DNA from: Chiloscyllium plagiosum
Lineage: Eukaryota
NCBI RefSeq assembly: GCF_004010195.1
Contig: NC_057718.1
Span: forward strand, 99,381,112 to 99,445,111
Direction: 5' to 3'
DNA length: 64,000 nucleotides
Notes under the pieces: model-generated
The model's database searches: none
Seen by the model: the letters and a program-made list of their open reading frames with translations, nothing else
Told to the model about the DNA's origin: nothing
In this document: piece after piece, positions 1-12,189 of the stretch
How positions within the stretch are numbered: position 1 is the stretch's first letter
Layout of the letters: each line of letters opens with the position of its first letter
Made by a program: the position numbers and the translations under genes

Positions 1-359
1 TCTGTCTAGTTCACTGTATCCTATCCACCCGTACCTGTCTAGCCCACTGTACCCTTCGCACCCATATCTGTCTAGTCCACTGTAGCCTACCTACCTATAT
101 CTGTCTAGCCCACTGTGTCCTACCCACCCGTACCTGTCTAGCCCACTGTACCCTACGCACCCATATCTGTCTAGTCCACTGTAGCCTACCTACTTATATC
201 TGTCTAGCCCACTGTGTCCTACCCACCCATTCCTATCTAGCCCGCTGTGTCCTACCCACCCATTCCTATCTAGCCCGCTGTATCCTACCCACCCATATCT
301 GTCTAGCCCACTGTATCCTACCCACCCATATCTGTCTAGCCCTGTATCCTACCCACCCA
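1..359. repeat. 33-bp minisatellite (consensus ~CTGTCTAGCCCACTGTATCCTACCCACCCATAT), ~11 units, cut by the window start
   Basis: CTGTCTAG recurs at 2, 35, 68, 101, 134, 167, 200 (period 33); a 99-bp three-unit block is duplicated. Confidence 0.95.
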
Positions 360-1697
360 ATATACCTGTTGCGACTGTTCTAATTCTCTGTGACACATCT
401 CAAGGAAATTGAAACTAAGTAAACTGTGGCATCTACTAACTGTTCTGCAGCATTCTGCACTCAACACTTTGCTTAAAGTGTAATATATTATCCAGACCAA
501 GCACGAATGATGTATTCAATGTTGACAAAGCACCCATAAGTGTTGTGTATTCTGGGCAATGGCATTGCTGTTGCAATAAATTACAGGAGTACCTTGATGA
601 TTGTTTTTCCTGATGTAAATACACCTTACAGATTATGTTAGCAACAGAAGTAGGAATGATGTTCTTGTCATTACGAAAACTTTATGATTAGGTGAACTGG
701 CTGCACACAGTGTATTACAGGAGGAGGGATTTATGTGGCCATATATCAAACATATTATTGTTAATGGAATCTTGGCGTAACTGGAGTTGTGGGGGGCTGT
801 GTTTTTACAATATACGTGTACGTTACTATATCTTTTCATTGAAAGTCAGGGATCAAACTAATTTCATTAATGGAGAGGCAATCAACATCACCATGTCGCA
901 TGGAGTCATCAGTTATTAGACTACTCTGGTTGTCTCTGTCAAAACATAAAAGTGTATTTTAACTGACAGACCCCAATGTAAGAATTGCAAACATTTGGGT
1001 TAAATATTTTTAACAGCAATAATAATTGTGGAGCGTTGTTGCATGGCAGGGTCATGTTGCCTAACCTTTTCGTCTTGTAGTCGTCAGGACCAATGCAAGA
1101 GTGCCAAATTTTAATAGGTCATTAGAATTTATAGTGCAGGGAAAAGGCTATTGTTTGACTGGCAAATTGACCCTGGTTGGCTAAGGGATTGCCATGAAGA
1201 AAGCACCGGGGATCTAAAGGCTACCCTAGCCTCAAAAACAATGTTACAGTGTCTGGTCATATTCCTTTTGTTTGCAGGATCAACCATGAGCTCATTGGAA
1301 CAGGCTCAAGGTGATAAATGTTCTCTGCTTGTTCCTATGTTTCTAGAACAGGCCCCTGCATATTAATGAGTAATCATTATTCTTAATTAAAGAGATGCCT
1401 CAGCAGATTTTTTGTAGCAATGTAAACCAGCCAGGCAGAGGTGAGTTCAGATTGGGCTACCCGACTGATAACATGATGGAAAGGCTCACACCATTACTCC
1501 AGCAAGCTGACCTGCCTCTTCCCAAAGGGAGCCCGCTTTTCAGTCGCTGGCCATGGGTACAGTTTTTCAACATAAGCTGAAGGATATCTGTGGACAGACC
1601 GGTCCCCCTGCATTGTGGTTACTTTGGCAGAGATTCTCATTCCTTTTTGGTTTTTATTCAGAGTTTATTCAGAACCACTGTGATGTTTCAGGGAAGG

Positions 1698-2021
1698 TTA
1701 GATTAGATTAGATTAGATTAGATTCCCTACAGTGTGGAAACAGGTCATTCGGCCCAACTAGTCCACACTGACCCTCCGAAGAGTAACCCACCCAGACCCG
1801 TTTCCCCTCTGACTAATGCACCTAGCACTATGGGCAACTTAGCATGGCCAATTCACCTGACTTGCACATCTTTGGACTGTGGGAGGAAACTGGAGGAATC
1901 CCACGCAGACACGGGGAGAATGTGCAAACTCCACACAGACAGTCTGCCCAAGGCTGGAATTGAACCTGGGATCCTGGTGCTGTGAGGCAGCAATGCTAAC
2001 CACTAAGCCACCATCCCGCCC
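1698..2021 (-). mobile_element. HE1-type (V-SINE) tRNA-derived SINE, near full length
   Basis: Minus strand has a tRNA-like head (GGTGGCTTAGTGGTTAGC A-box, GGTTCAATTCC B-box), the conserved body TGTGTGGAGTTTGCACATTCTCCCCGTG and a CR1-like tail ending in (TCTAA)n; the same sequence recurs about 20 times in the window. Confidence 0.9.
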
Positions 2022-2029
2022 ATTATGTG

Positions 2030-2410
2030 AATACCTTATTCCAGGGGCTGGTCACAACACTCAGGATGGAGGAAAGGTTTCAAGGGGAGGATAAGTGGTT
2101 AATTGAAAAAGATATAAAGGTAGTATTAAAAAAAATTGTGCAAAGGAGCTTGGAAGGTCAAAATATTGAACAGAATATTTTAAAAAAGCAAAGAATGATG
2201 AAAAGATTAATAAGAAGGGGAAAATTAAATATGGGAGAAAGTTCACTAGAAATAGTTTAAAACGATAGACAGAGTTTCGATAGATATTTTAAAACAAGTT
2301 AATAAGATGAGTTTTGGTCCGTTTGAAAGAGAGTCCTGGAAATGACAATGGAAAGAAAATGGTATTTATAAATAGGCATTTAATTCTGCAGTACAGAGGA
2401 AATATTTATA
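2030..2410 (+). mobile_element. Old, degenerate CR1 LINE ORF2 fragment (endonuclease-RT linker)
   Basis: Lys/Arg-rich broken frames (KKQRMMKRLIRRGK) resembling the better-preserved CR1 linker at 43.6-43.9 kb. Confidence 0.5.
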
Positions 2411-2704
2411 AATCAGGTAATGGAAGGGAGAGTGAAATTCGAGAAAATTCCAATTGTCAGATAACTCCATTTATTGTCCACCCTTCGTTTCCCATGAGAA
2501 GATGGTTTTAAGCTGCTAATGAAATAATTTCAAGGTTCCGTAACTGTTGCAATAAAGTAACTGCAGCAACCAAACTGAGCACAGGAAGCTCTCACAAGTA
2601 GCAACAGGAACCTAGTTATCATGGAGATTCCAATACTATTGGCTAGGAGACTTGAATAACTCCCTGGTATCTCCTCAAAATTAGTGGACATAACATCTTA
2701 TACG

Positions 2705-3165
2705 GTCATACAGCACGAAAATAGACCTTTCGGTCCAACCAGTCCATGTCGAACATAATCCTAACCTAAACTTGTCCCACCTGCCTGCTCCTGGCCCATA
2801 TCCCTCCAAACATTTATTATTCATGTACTTTATCCAAATGTTTTTTAAACGCTGTAACTATACCCATACCCATCACTTCCTCTGGAAGTTCATTCCACAC
2901 ACGAACCACTCTCTGTGCAAAAAGAATTGGCCTTCGTATATTTTTAAAATCTTTCTCCTCTCACCTTAAACATCTGCCCATTCGTCTTGAAATCCCCATC
3001 CTATGGAAAAGACACCTGCCGTTCACCTTACCTAAACCCTTCAATGTTTTATAATCCTCAATAAGGCCACCACTCAACCTCCTATGATCCAGTGAAAGGT
3101 CCCAGCCTGTCTGGCCTCTCCGTATAACTCAAATCCTCCTTTCCTGGCAACATCCTGGTAAATCG
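2705..3165 (-). mobile_element. CR1 LINE 3' fragment
   Basis: Reverse complement matches the CR1 ORF2 C-terminus and 3' UTR at 45.1-45.6 kb (RVWNELPEEV-like motif, tail GGACCGAAAGGTCT). Confidence 0.85.
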
Positions 3166-3174
3166 CTTAAATTT

Positions 3175-3372
3175 TCTTATTGAAGAAGTTGGCTGTTTGC
3201 TATATTAGAGTTGATCTTTCTCTGCACCTTCCTTGTAGCTGTGACACTATATTCTGTATTCTGTTCTATTACCCTGATGTGCTTAGGTAAGGTATGATTA
3301 ATGTGGTTAGCACGCAAAACAATACTTTTCACTGTATCTCGGTACATATGACAATAATAACTCAAATCAAAA
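3175..3372 (+). mobile_element. Rex1/Babar-type LINE 3' UTR fragment
   Basis: Ends in TTTTCACTGTATCTCGGTACATATGACAATAA plus a short repeat tail, shared with the RT-bearing Rex/Babar locus at 47.6-48.9 kb and with 41.5-41.85 kb. Confidence 0.65.
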
Positions 3373-4505
3373 ATCTGGTAAATGGATAAGGTCTATTACA
3401 TTCCTAACAGAGATACAGGCAGGAACACAATTTAGCACTTCATCCCAAATTACAGCACCTCTGGCTGTGTAATGTAACATTGGAGTGTCAGCTTTAGTTT
3501 TTGTTCTCTCAGCCTGGAGCAGGACCTGAACTCTCAACTCACTTCAAGTTGAACACTGGAAGCAGAGCATTAATCCTTGTTTGATGACTCGCTAGAAACA
3601 TTATCACCTAAATTCACTTTCTAAATCTCTGGGGAGAAATGCATCTTCCAGAAATTGAACTCTTACAGGGTGACTGTCCCCATCTGAGGTCCACTGACAA
3701 CTGGGACACAGTAGCATCTGGTTTATGTTCTGACCTCATCACTATTCTCCAGAGTCATATCACTTATTTTAAAATCTAATAACTCTCCTCTTGGGGTGTT
3801 AAATCTGTCGGGCCTGAATTACCATTGAGTGCTGGAATTGATATTTTCTGACTTTTGTGAATCAGTCTTCATTTGTGCCCCTAATCTGTCAACCTCACGC
3901 ATGAGTTAAGGTCAGAGGTGAAACCTCTTAGCTGCTTCAAGTTCCTTCTGACATAGGGCATTCCTGATATACATCACTGACAGCTTTATCACTTTGCTGT
4001 CCTCATTAACCTCCCCGTTGCCAAAGGAGGAGACAGGGTGAGGGAAGATCGTTAGCCTTGGGTTTGAATATTTGGAGTAACCACATCTGATTACAGGATG
4101 TTGAGCAACCAACCAATTCTAACGTCAGGACAACTGAGCAAAGAACTCACTTCAAAGACTTTAATCATACAGCATGGAAACAGACCTTTTGATCCAACTC
4201 GTCCATGCTGACCAGATTAATCTAGTTCCATTTGCTAGCATTTGGCCCCTATCCCTTTAAACCCTTCCTGTACATGTACGCCTCCAGATGCCTTTTAAAA
4301 GCTGTAATTGTACACCCTCATTCCATACACACAACACCCTCTGTGTGAAAAAGTTGCCCCTTTAGGCCCCTTTTAAATCTTTCGACTCTCACCTTAAACC
4401 TACACTCTCTAGTTTTGGACTCTGCCACCTTGGGAAGAATACCTTGGCTATTTACCCTATTCATATCCTTTGTGATTTTATAAACCTGTATAAGTCACCT
4501 CTCAG

Positions 4506-4708
4506 GAGAAAGTGAGGTCTGCAGATGCTGGAGATCAAAGTTGAAACTTTATTGCTGGAACAGCACAGCAGGTCAGGCAGCATCCAGGGAACAGGAGATT
4601 CGACGTTTCGGGCACAGGCCGAAGAAGGGCCTGTGCCCGAAACGTCGAATCTCCTGTTCCCTGGATGCTGCCTGACCTGCTGTGCTGTTCCAGCAATAAA
4701 GTTTCAAC
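4506..4708. mobile_element. Young palindromic PLE-terminus insertion (family A) with hammerhead motif at the apex
   Basis: Perfect 82-bp inverted arms 4539-4620 and 4628-4709; 15-bp TSD TAAGTCACCTCTCAG (4491-4505, 4709-4723); arm sequence is homologous to the pLTR downstream of the GIY-YIG frame at 57.3 kb. Confidence 0.9.
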
Positions 4709-4967
4709 TAAGTCACCTCTCAGCCTCCAATGCTCCAAGGAAAATAATCCCAGCCTGTTCAGCCTCTCTGTATAGCTCAAACTTTGACAACATTCTTCTA
4801 AGTCTTTCTGCATCCTTTCCAGTTTAACAACATCCTTCCAATAGCAGAGACCAGAGTGAAAGGTGGTATTCCAAAAGTGGCCGAACCAATGTCCTGTACA
4901 GCCGCAACATCACAACTTCGATACTCAATGCACTGACCAGGAAAGGCAAATGTACCTGACACCTTCA

Positions 4968-5138
4968 TAAAAACCAGAATAACTGCAGATGCTATAAATC
5001 AGAAACAAAAACAGAAATTGCTGGAAAAGCTCAGCATTTGAGTTCTGAGGAAGGATGACTGGACCCGAGACGTTAACTCTGATTTCTCTCCACAGTTGCT
5101 GCTAGACCTGCTGAGCTTTTCCAGCAATTTCTGCTTTT
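4968..5138. mobile_element. PLE-terminus insertion (family B), partly palindromic
   Basis: Inverted CAGAAATTGCTGGAAAAGCTCAGCA / TGCTGAGCTTTTCCAGCAATTTCTG; decayed hammerhead CTGAGGA...GACCCGAGACGTT at 5045-5074; diverged TSD TGTACC...CCTTC. Confidence 0.75.
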
Positions 5139-5899
5139 GTACCGAGCGCCTTCTTCACGACCTTGTGCACTTGTTTTACATCCCCTTGAATCCTGAATCC
5201 ACATTAATGCAGTCAGCTACCTGTTCATTCGAATGACTGTTCTGTCTCTGCTCTCCCCTCACACACTATCATCTGTCTCCCTCTGAACTTGCTCAAGTCT
5301 AAACCTGACTTTGTTATCAAACCTTCTCCAACTCATTCGTAGCTGTGACAAGGAGATGTGAGTTTAGTTTAGAGCAGGAGGGAATCTGTCTTGGCTGCTG
5401 TTCTGTGTTACTGTATTGTGTAACAGTGGGTGGCAATATATGGGGTGTGTCTCAGTAATAGTTTAAAGCCATCCTTAACTCTAATTTAATCCTTGCTGCA
5501 TTGTGAAGCCACAGTGAAACTTTACATTGGACTGATTAAAGTCTATGTGATCAAATCCACTCAAACCAAGCAAGTTTGAAACTTGTTTCAATTTTCGAGA
5601 TTCAGATTTTCAGTTTTCTTTATTGTTTTTGCAGGAGGGGAGATTTGATACTTGCTTAATCACTGCTGAATATGAACATAAAACATTTCAAGGGTGAATT
5701 ATGCTTTAGCTCTGTCCAGCTTTTCATTATGTGCTCTTGCTGCAGGAAGATCATATTTCGAAATGTGTTTGCATTTTTAAAATCAGATTTCATGGCCTAT
5801 ATTAGGGATGCCAGTATTTGAAGTTTCATAATTGAGGCTCAGATAGGTTTTGAGTCAATATCAACATCCTGGGGGTTACCATTGACCAACAGCATATAT

Positions 5900-6216
5900 A
5901 TTAGATCCCCACAGTGTGGAAACAGGCCTTTTGGCCCAACAAGTCCACACCGACCCTCCAAAGAATAACCCACCCAGATCCATTCCACTACCCTATATTT
6001 ACCCCTGACTAATGCACCTAACACTGTGGGCAATTTAGCATGGTCAATTCACCTAACCTGCACATTCTTGGATTGTGGGAGGAAACTGGAGCAAACCCGC
6101 ACAGACACTGGGAGAATGTGTAAACTCCTCACAGACAGTTGCCCAAGGCAGGAATTGAGCCCAGATCCCTGGCACTCTGAGGCAGCAGTGCTAACCACTG
6201 AGCCAACATGCTGCCC
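5900..6216 (-). mobile_element. HE1-type SINE inserted in a LINE RT remnant
   Basis: Same head, body and tail as 1698-2021; flanks translate on + as INILGVTID and HLSTMATRAGQRIG (RT thumb region). Confidence 0.9.
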
Positions 6217-6848
6217 ACTTATATGGGCTGGCCATTTAAGTACAATGGCTACAAGAGCAGGTCAGAGGATAGGCCTGAGGCCTAGACTCTTGGCAGTGTC
6301 AGCAGCAGCAGGGGCGCGGCCTCCTGGGGCATCATTGCTGTTCCTAGAGCAGGACTCCTCAAGGACCAGAATGCATTTCAGAAGCTCTGAAGCCCGTGCT
6401 TGAGACCCCAGTTTGAACAGAAGCTGATCTCTCATTTACCTTGCTTCTTTTTATCCTTGTTGTAACTCAAAATGGAGCCAGATTGTGGTGACAAAACTCT
6501 TCTCACTGTACCTTCAAGATATATGGGGCGATAAATTATTCACTCATTTGAATTGATCAGATTCTACAGTGGCTATTTATCTATCAGAGTACCAGCTGGT
6601 GGTTAAAGGTGAAGATTTCTCTTGGTGTGCCATAATGGAAGCAGAAGGACCTGAGAAACAGAGTGCAGTATTCGTTTGCACTGACTGAAGATGACCCAGC
6701 CCCAGCAAGCCCTTCCTATGAAATGTCCCTGCTCTTGACTAATATAAAGCATTGCGGATCATTGGATTTAAACTGCTCTGACCACCAGGCATCACAAAAC
6801 AATGGGACTGTTGTATTACAATCCCAAAGCTCTTACTTGTGAATTGAC

Positions 6849-7186
6849 TAGAGTCCCTATAGCGTGGAAACAGGCCCTTCAGCCCAACAAGTCCACACTG
6901 ACCCTCCAAAGAATACCTCACCCAAACCCATTCCCCTACCCTATTATTCTACTTTTACCTCTGACTAATTCACTTAACCTACACATCCCTGAACACTATG
7001 GGCAATTTCCCATGGCCAATTCACCTGACCTGCACATCTTTGGATCTGTGGGAGGAAACCGGAGCACCCGGAGGAAACCCACACAGATACGGGGAGAATG
7101 TGCAAACTCCACACAGTCAGTCGCCCGAACACAGGTCCCTGATGCTGTAAGGCAGTAGTGCTAACCACTGAGCCACCGTGCTGCCC
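6849..7186 (-). mobile_element. HE1-type SINE
   Basis: Complete head (GGGCAGCACGGTGGCTCAGTGGTTAGC on minus), body and tail. Confidence 0.9.
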
Positions 7187-7902
7187 AAGTCCTCTGTATT
7201 TGTTTTTTCTTCAAATATCTATTGAACTATAAGTATCATTCAGGAACATGATCTATCCAGCATCTGCTTTGATTCTGATAAAGCTCATAGCATGGAAAAA
7301 GTGTGATCCCTTATTTGGGGTGGAATGATTTTTGAATCAGCATTTGAACAAAAGTCAATCTCAATCTGGGGCTTTTATGTTATTGGTTCGAACTGAATTT
7401 TCTGCTTCCTTAAATTGACAATCATTTAACTTCAGTCATTGGGCTCTTAATTTTGATTAAGTCCTGATATAGTAACTGTCTAGTTAAAATCTTCCAGCTT
7501 TGTGCGAATGTGATGGAAATGTATTGGCTGTAACCTCACCAGTCCATGGGAAGTGTGGTTAGAGTGACGGCTTTTTGTGTGTAGAAGTGTGTGTCAGTTA
7601 TTTTGATAATATAATACTTGTTTCTAACTTTTGTCTGCCATTTTCTTGTGCCATCTCTGTGCTGTCTCAGAAATTAATTACTTTCTTGTGCATTGTATCT
7701 TTAGGTTCAACGGAAGAGAGGTGATTCTTGATGAACTCTTTGAGCTCTGCTTGTACGTGTGTCCAGATAAGTTAATGCAAATACAGAATGTAATGTGGCT
7801 ATGTGGCTGGATCACCTGTAACTAAGCTAATGAGAATGATGCAAGGTCCCCCTGAAACAACCCTCAAAGATTTAAAAGCAGCCCTCCAGATGATCTCAGG
7901 AG

Positions 7903-8187
7903 GAGTCATAAAATCCCTACACTGTGGAAGCAGGCCATTCAGCCCATCAAGTACAAGAGCATCCCACTCAGATCAACCCCAACGCTGTATTTACTGCAGC
8001 TAACCCACTCACACAATGGGCACTTTAGCATGGCCAATCCCCCAACATGCACATCTTTGGACAGTGGGAGGAAACCCACACAGACACGGGGAGAATGTGC
8101 AAACTCCACACAGCATGAGGCTGGAATCGAATCCGGCTCCCTGATACTGTGAGACAGCAGTACTAACCACTGAGCCACCTTACCACC
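7903..8187 (-). mobile_element. HE1-type SINE (internally deleted)
   Basis: Head and body homology with the other copies. Confidence 0.85.
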
Positions 8188-8314
8188 TTTGAAAAGAAAT
8201 GTTGACATCTGTATTGAATTGATCTGGTGAAATAAGTTGCTTTTTTTTATTGTAGTGCAACTTCTGATGGAGTAAAATTGCTGAGACAGTGAATTAGAAA
8301 GAATATATTAGCTA

Positions 8315-8436
8315 CCTGACGAAGGAACGGCACCCCAAAGGCTAGTATTTCCAATTAAACCTGTTGGACTATAACCTGGTGTTGTGTGATTTTTAACTTT
8401 GTACACCCCAGTCCAACACCGGCTCCTCCAAATCAT
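8315..8436 (+). mobile_element. PLE terminus (family C), starting at a decayed hammerhead core
   Basis: CTGACGAAGGAACGGCACCCCAAAGGCTAG followed by AAACCTGTTGGACTATAACCTGGTGTTGTG...CCAGTCCAACACCGG, shared with 12.9, 14.2, 34.5, 46.9 and 47.4 kb. Confidence 0.8.
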
Positions 8437-8990
8437 GTCTTTAGGGAAGGAAATCTGCCATCCTTACCAGGCCTGGCTGACTCCAGACCCACAGAAAGAA
8501 TTTTAATTGTATCAAAAATTGATCTGTTGTTGAGGGAAGCAACGTCCATGATAAAAAATAAAACGTTTAGCCATTGAAATAGGAAGAACTTTTTAAAAAT
8601 TGCTAAGTTGCCTTCCTTGATAAGGTACAGCAGGTCTATTTTTTGAACTTTCTACAGAACACGATAGATTTTACAATTGTTGGGTGTTTGCTTTGGTGTG
8701 TGGCATTATGCGAAAGTGTGTGACAACTCCTAATAATGATTAGGCCTGTCCACTCCAGGCCAGACACATTCTTTTTATCTCTCTCTTTCATTTTCATCTT
8801 TTTTCTTTTTGCCTTCTTTTCCTCATTGTCCTGACGTCATGGGGATGATGGAGAGGAGTCGGTGGTGACCAGAGCTGGGAGTCCTGTGTGTGGTAGGCCC
8901 AGACCGGGGACCTTGCACAGATCTTGAATATGTCCTGTGTGTGATAATATGATTTGGGGGTGTGGTGGAGGCTGTGGAAAAATATCTCTG

Positions 8991-9210
8991 TACAGGTCGT
9001 TCTGCTATAGCATGCGTTTCGTTGACAGGAATTCGCTAATAACACGATTGACGAGTTGGGGACACTGTTTCTCAAACACGAACGTTTAAAGCATGTATTA
9101 GTTATAACGCAATTCTGTCCCCATTAGTTTAAATGGTGCTGCTATTACGCAATTTTCCTATAACACGGGATTGCCCGAGAATGGAACTACTGCGTTAAAG
9201 CAGAACTGCA
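8991..9210. mobile_element. Non-autonomous Tc1/mariner (pogo/Tigger-like) MITE, ~220 bp
   Basis: Left end TA-CAGGTCGTTCTGCTATAGC; right end GCGTTAAAGCAGAAC is its imperfect inverse; internal TATAACGC/TAACACG subterminal repeats. Confidence 0.6.
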
Positions 9211-10431
9211 CAGAAGGTGATTTCGCAAGGAATTTAATGAAGAGTGCTGTAAGACAAATGGCGCTGAGGTAGGAAATGGAATGCCATCTGAAGGATGGTT
9301 CAAACCATGGCATCTGGGTCACGTGCACAATCAGTAAATGGGAACCCTTCCTCTCCTTGTTCATGTGGAGAAACTCAACCCTTTGTTGGCCATGGACCTA
9401 TGAGTGACATCATCACAGCAGGCATGTGCAGTCCATGACAAGTCCTACAGGCAGCTAGGATGGAGTAACCCAGTTCATTTCTCTATTAATAACTGCATAG
9501 TGCAAAACTTGGGTCCAGTTTATTGCACCATCCCTATCCTTAAATTGCACCATTAATTTTCAACGGCTTAAAATAGCTCCGATTGACTCTGTACAGTGGA
9601 ATGTTTAAGACAAAGACACAGTAAATGAGTCAAACTAGCCTTGTTCAAAGATTAGGTAATAAGTATTTATTTAGTTATTACAGCTGACTGGACTTTCTGA
9701 CGGGAGTGTGTTTGCTCAGTTCCTAAGTTTTCTCCAAGGCAGACTTTATAAACTCATCAGGAACGATCCGTGGGTGGAATCCAGCTCTCTGATGGATCCC
9801 AGCAATGTTTCTCCTGTATTTCCGTCAGAGGGGAGGCTCTTAAAGCCTTGTATCTGGCACTCAGCGTTTCTACTGGCACGGGAGCTGTAACCTAACCCAA
9901 ACGGCTTGGTAAACAGAAAGCTAGCTGGTCCACAGCTGTGAGTAAACCAAGACAGAAATGGAAAGCCGCTGTGAGTCAAAACTGACAAGAACTCCCAGGG
10001 TCTTCAGACTCAAGTGAAAGTGTGAACTTATAAGACATCCCACCTCCTCACAACCCCGGCCAGTTTTCTGAGCTGAAATGACTCTGTTCACACACGGCTG
10101 GCTTCTCTCGCTGCCCCCTCCCCAGCAGTGAGCACACACACGTTGATTGACCAACAATCCATTAGGGGTTGGGTTCTATGGGGGTGGTGGGGGGAATTTG
10201 ATGGAACTCTGTTGCGTCAGCTGCTGTCGTACTGAAATTTCGTCAGGGCTGGATGAAAATAGTGGTCTGGTACTGTTTCACTGGCAGGCCAGTGCCAACC
10301 CGGGGATTATATTCCAGCCTGGAGCTCAGAATGCTAATGGGAAAGTTGGCATGAAGCACACCTTCCCTTGGCTTGGAATGATTGCAGTCAGTTCGACACA
10401 GCAGCATTGGCTCCCAGGCTGGGGGCGTCTT

Positions 10432-11910
10432 CCAAAGATGGCGGCCGGGTAAGAACATTGAGCCGGAGCTCATCTGCTCCATCAGCTTCTTTTCCTTTTT
10501 TCTATCTTTGTGTCTTTTCTTTTTCTTTTTACCTCTCGTCCTCAGGTGGATCGACAATGTCCGGGGTGAAAGTCAGAGTGGACTCAGACTCCCAACCTCA
10601 ACATGGAATGGAACTCCCAACCTCAGCGTGGAATTGATCTCCCAACCTCAGCGTGCAATTGATCTCCCAACCTCAACATGGAATTGAACTCCCAACCTCA
10701 GCGTGGAATTGATCTCCCAATCTCAGCGTGGAATTGATCTCCCAACCTCAGCGTGGAATTGATCTCCCAACCTCAGCGTGGAATTGATCTCCCAGCCTCA
10801 GCGTGGAATTGATCTCCCAACCTCAGCATGGAATTGATCTCCCAACCTCAGCGTGGAATTGATCTCCCAACCTCAGCGTGGAATTGATCTCCCAACCTCA
10901 GTGTGGAATTGATCTCCCAACCTCAGTGTGGAATTCAACTCCCAACCTCAGCGTGGAATTGATCTCCCAACCTCAGCGTGGAATTGATCTCCCAACCTCA
11001 GCGTGGAATTGATCTCTCAACCTCAGCGTGGAATTGAACTCCCAACCTCAGCGTGGAATTGATCTCCCAACCTCAGCGTGGAATTGATCTCCCAGCCTCA
11101 GCGTGGAATGGAACTCCCAACCTCAGCGTGGAATTGATCTCCCAACCTCAGCGTGGAATTGATCTCCCAGCCTCAGCATGGTATTGATCTCCCGGACTCA
11201 GTGTGGAATTGATCTCCCGGTCTCAGCGTGGACTCAGACTCCCGGCCTCAACGTGGATTCAGATCCAGGCCTCAGTGTTGACTCAGCATCCAGGCCTCAG
11301 CATGGACACGGTCTCCAGGCCTCAGTGTGGACTCAGACTCCTGGCCTCAGTGTGGACTCAGACTCCAGGCCTCAGCGTGAACTCAGACTCCCGACCTCAG
11401 CGTGAACTCAGACTCCCCGCCTCAGTGTGGACTCAGACTCCTGGCCTCAGTGTGGACTCATACTCCAGGCCTCAGCGTGAACTCAGACTCCCGACCTCAG
11501 CGTGAACTCAGACTCCCCGCCTCAGCGTGGACTCAGACTCCCGGCCTCAACATGGATTCAGATCCAGGCCTCAGTGTAGACTCAGCATCCAGGCCTCAGC
11601 ACGGACACGGTCTCCAGGCCTCAGCGTGGACTCAGACTCCCGGCCTCAGTGAGGGCTCGATCTCCCAGCATTCTCAGTCTTGAAGTGAAGCCCAGCGCTT
11701 GTAAGGACTATCATTCTGAACCCTATTTTTCTAACGCCTTTATGGATCTATGATTTTTTTTATTTTCCTAAATCTTCCCCCTCAGAATTTGCACTTAAGA
11801 ATTTGTACCTGGGCACCTTGATACTTAAGATGGTACCATTAAGTGGTGACTTATAAACTTTTCATTCATTTGAGTACATGTGACAATAATGCGAATTCTA
11901 AATCTAATTC
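10432..11910 (+). mobile_element. Non-autonomous element with a Rex/Babar-like 3' tail, hosting the 25-bp minisatellite
   Basis: Starts at CAAAGATGGCGGC, then a pyrimidine-rich block; ends GAGTACATGTGACAATAA...(TCTAAA)n; similar organisation at 46165-47090. Confidence 0.5.
10572..11668. repeat. 25-bp minisatellite, ~44 units, two unit types
   Basis: CCTCAGCGTGGAATTGATCTCCCAA repeats with period 25 (10621, 10646, ...); after ~11220 units change to CCTCAGCGTGGACTCAGACTCCCGG variants. Confidence 0.97.
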
Positions 11911-12189
11911 TAAAAGATAGTGGAGATTTTGGGGTGTTCAAAATTATAATTATATGCAGATTACCTTTCTGTGTCTCTTTTCCTTCAGATTTGCACCTCT
12001 GTTTCACAAAATATCTTGTTTCTTACATTGCTGTTCCTTCAATGTTGCTCAGTCAAAATCCTGGAATTCCCTTCCTAAAAGCCCTGTGGATATCGGAATA
12101 GCCCAAAGATTGCAGCAGTTCTTAAGCGACAGCTCAATTCCACCTTCTCCAGGTCAAAGAGTTTTCAAATGGAGTATACTGTGGAAAAA

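Larger units (their letters stand above)
4163..5170 (-). mobile_element. CR1 LINE 3' fragment interrupted by two PLE-terminus insertions
   Basis: Minus-strand translation [24 protein letters not shown] is a CR1 ORF2 C-terminal motif; 3' UTR tail near 4163. Confidence 0.9.

Noticed and set aside
433..612. TACTAAC branch point plus CAG acceptor near the window start
   Set aside because: The downstream frames give no recognisable peptide or clear donor.
4506..4708. DNA-transposon MITE or miRNA gene as the explanation for the perfect hairpins
   Set aside because: Arms are asymmetric (extra tail), TSDs are long and variable, apices differ between copies, and the arm matches a PLE pLTR linked to GIY-YIG at 57.3 kb.
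8820..8972. Possible terminal exon on minus (acceptor TTTTTCCACAG), also 9746-9890
   Set aside because: Several frames are open, there is no recognisable homology, and no convincing link to other exons.
10572..11668. CRISPR-like regular array
   Set aside because: Units are contiguous with no unique spacers, there are no cas genes, and the context is eukaryotic; it is a minisatellite.
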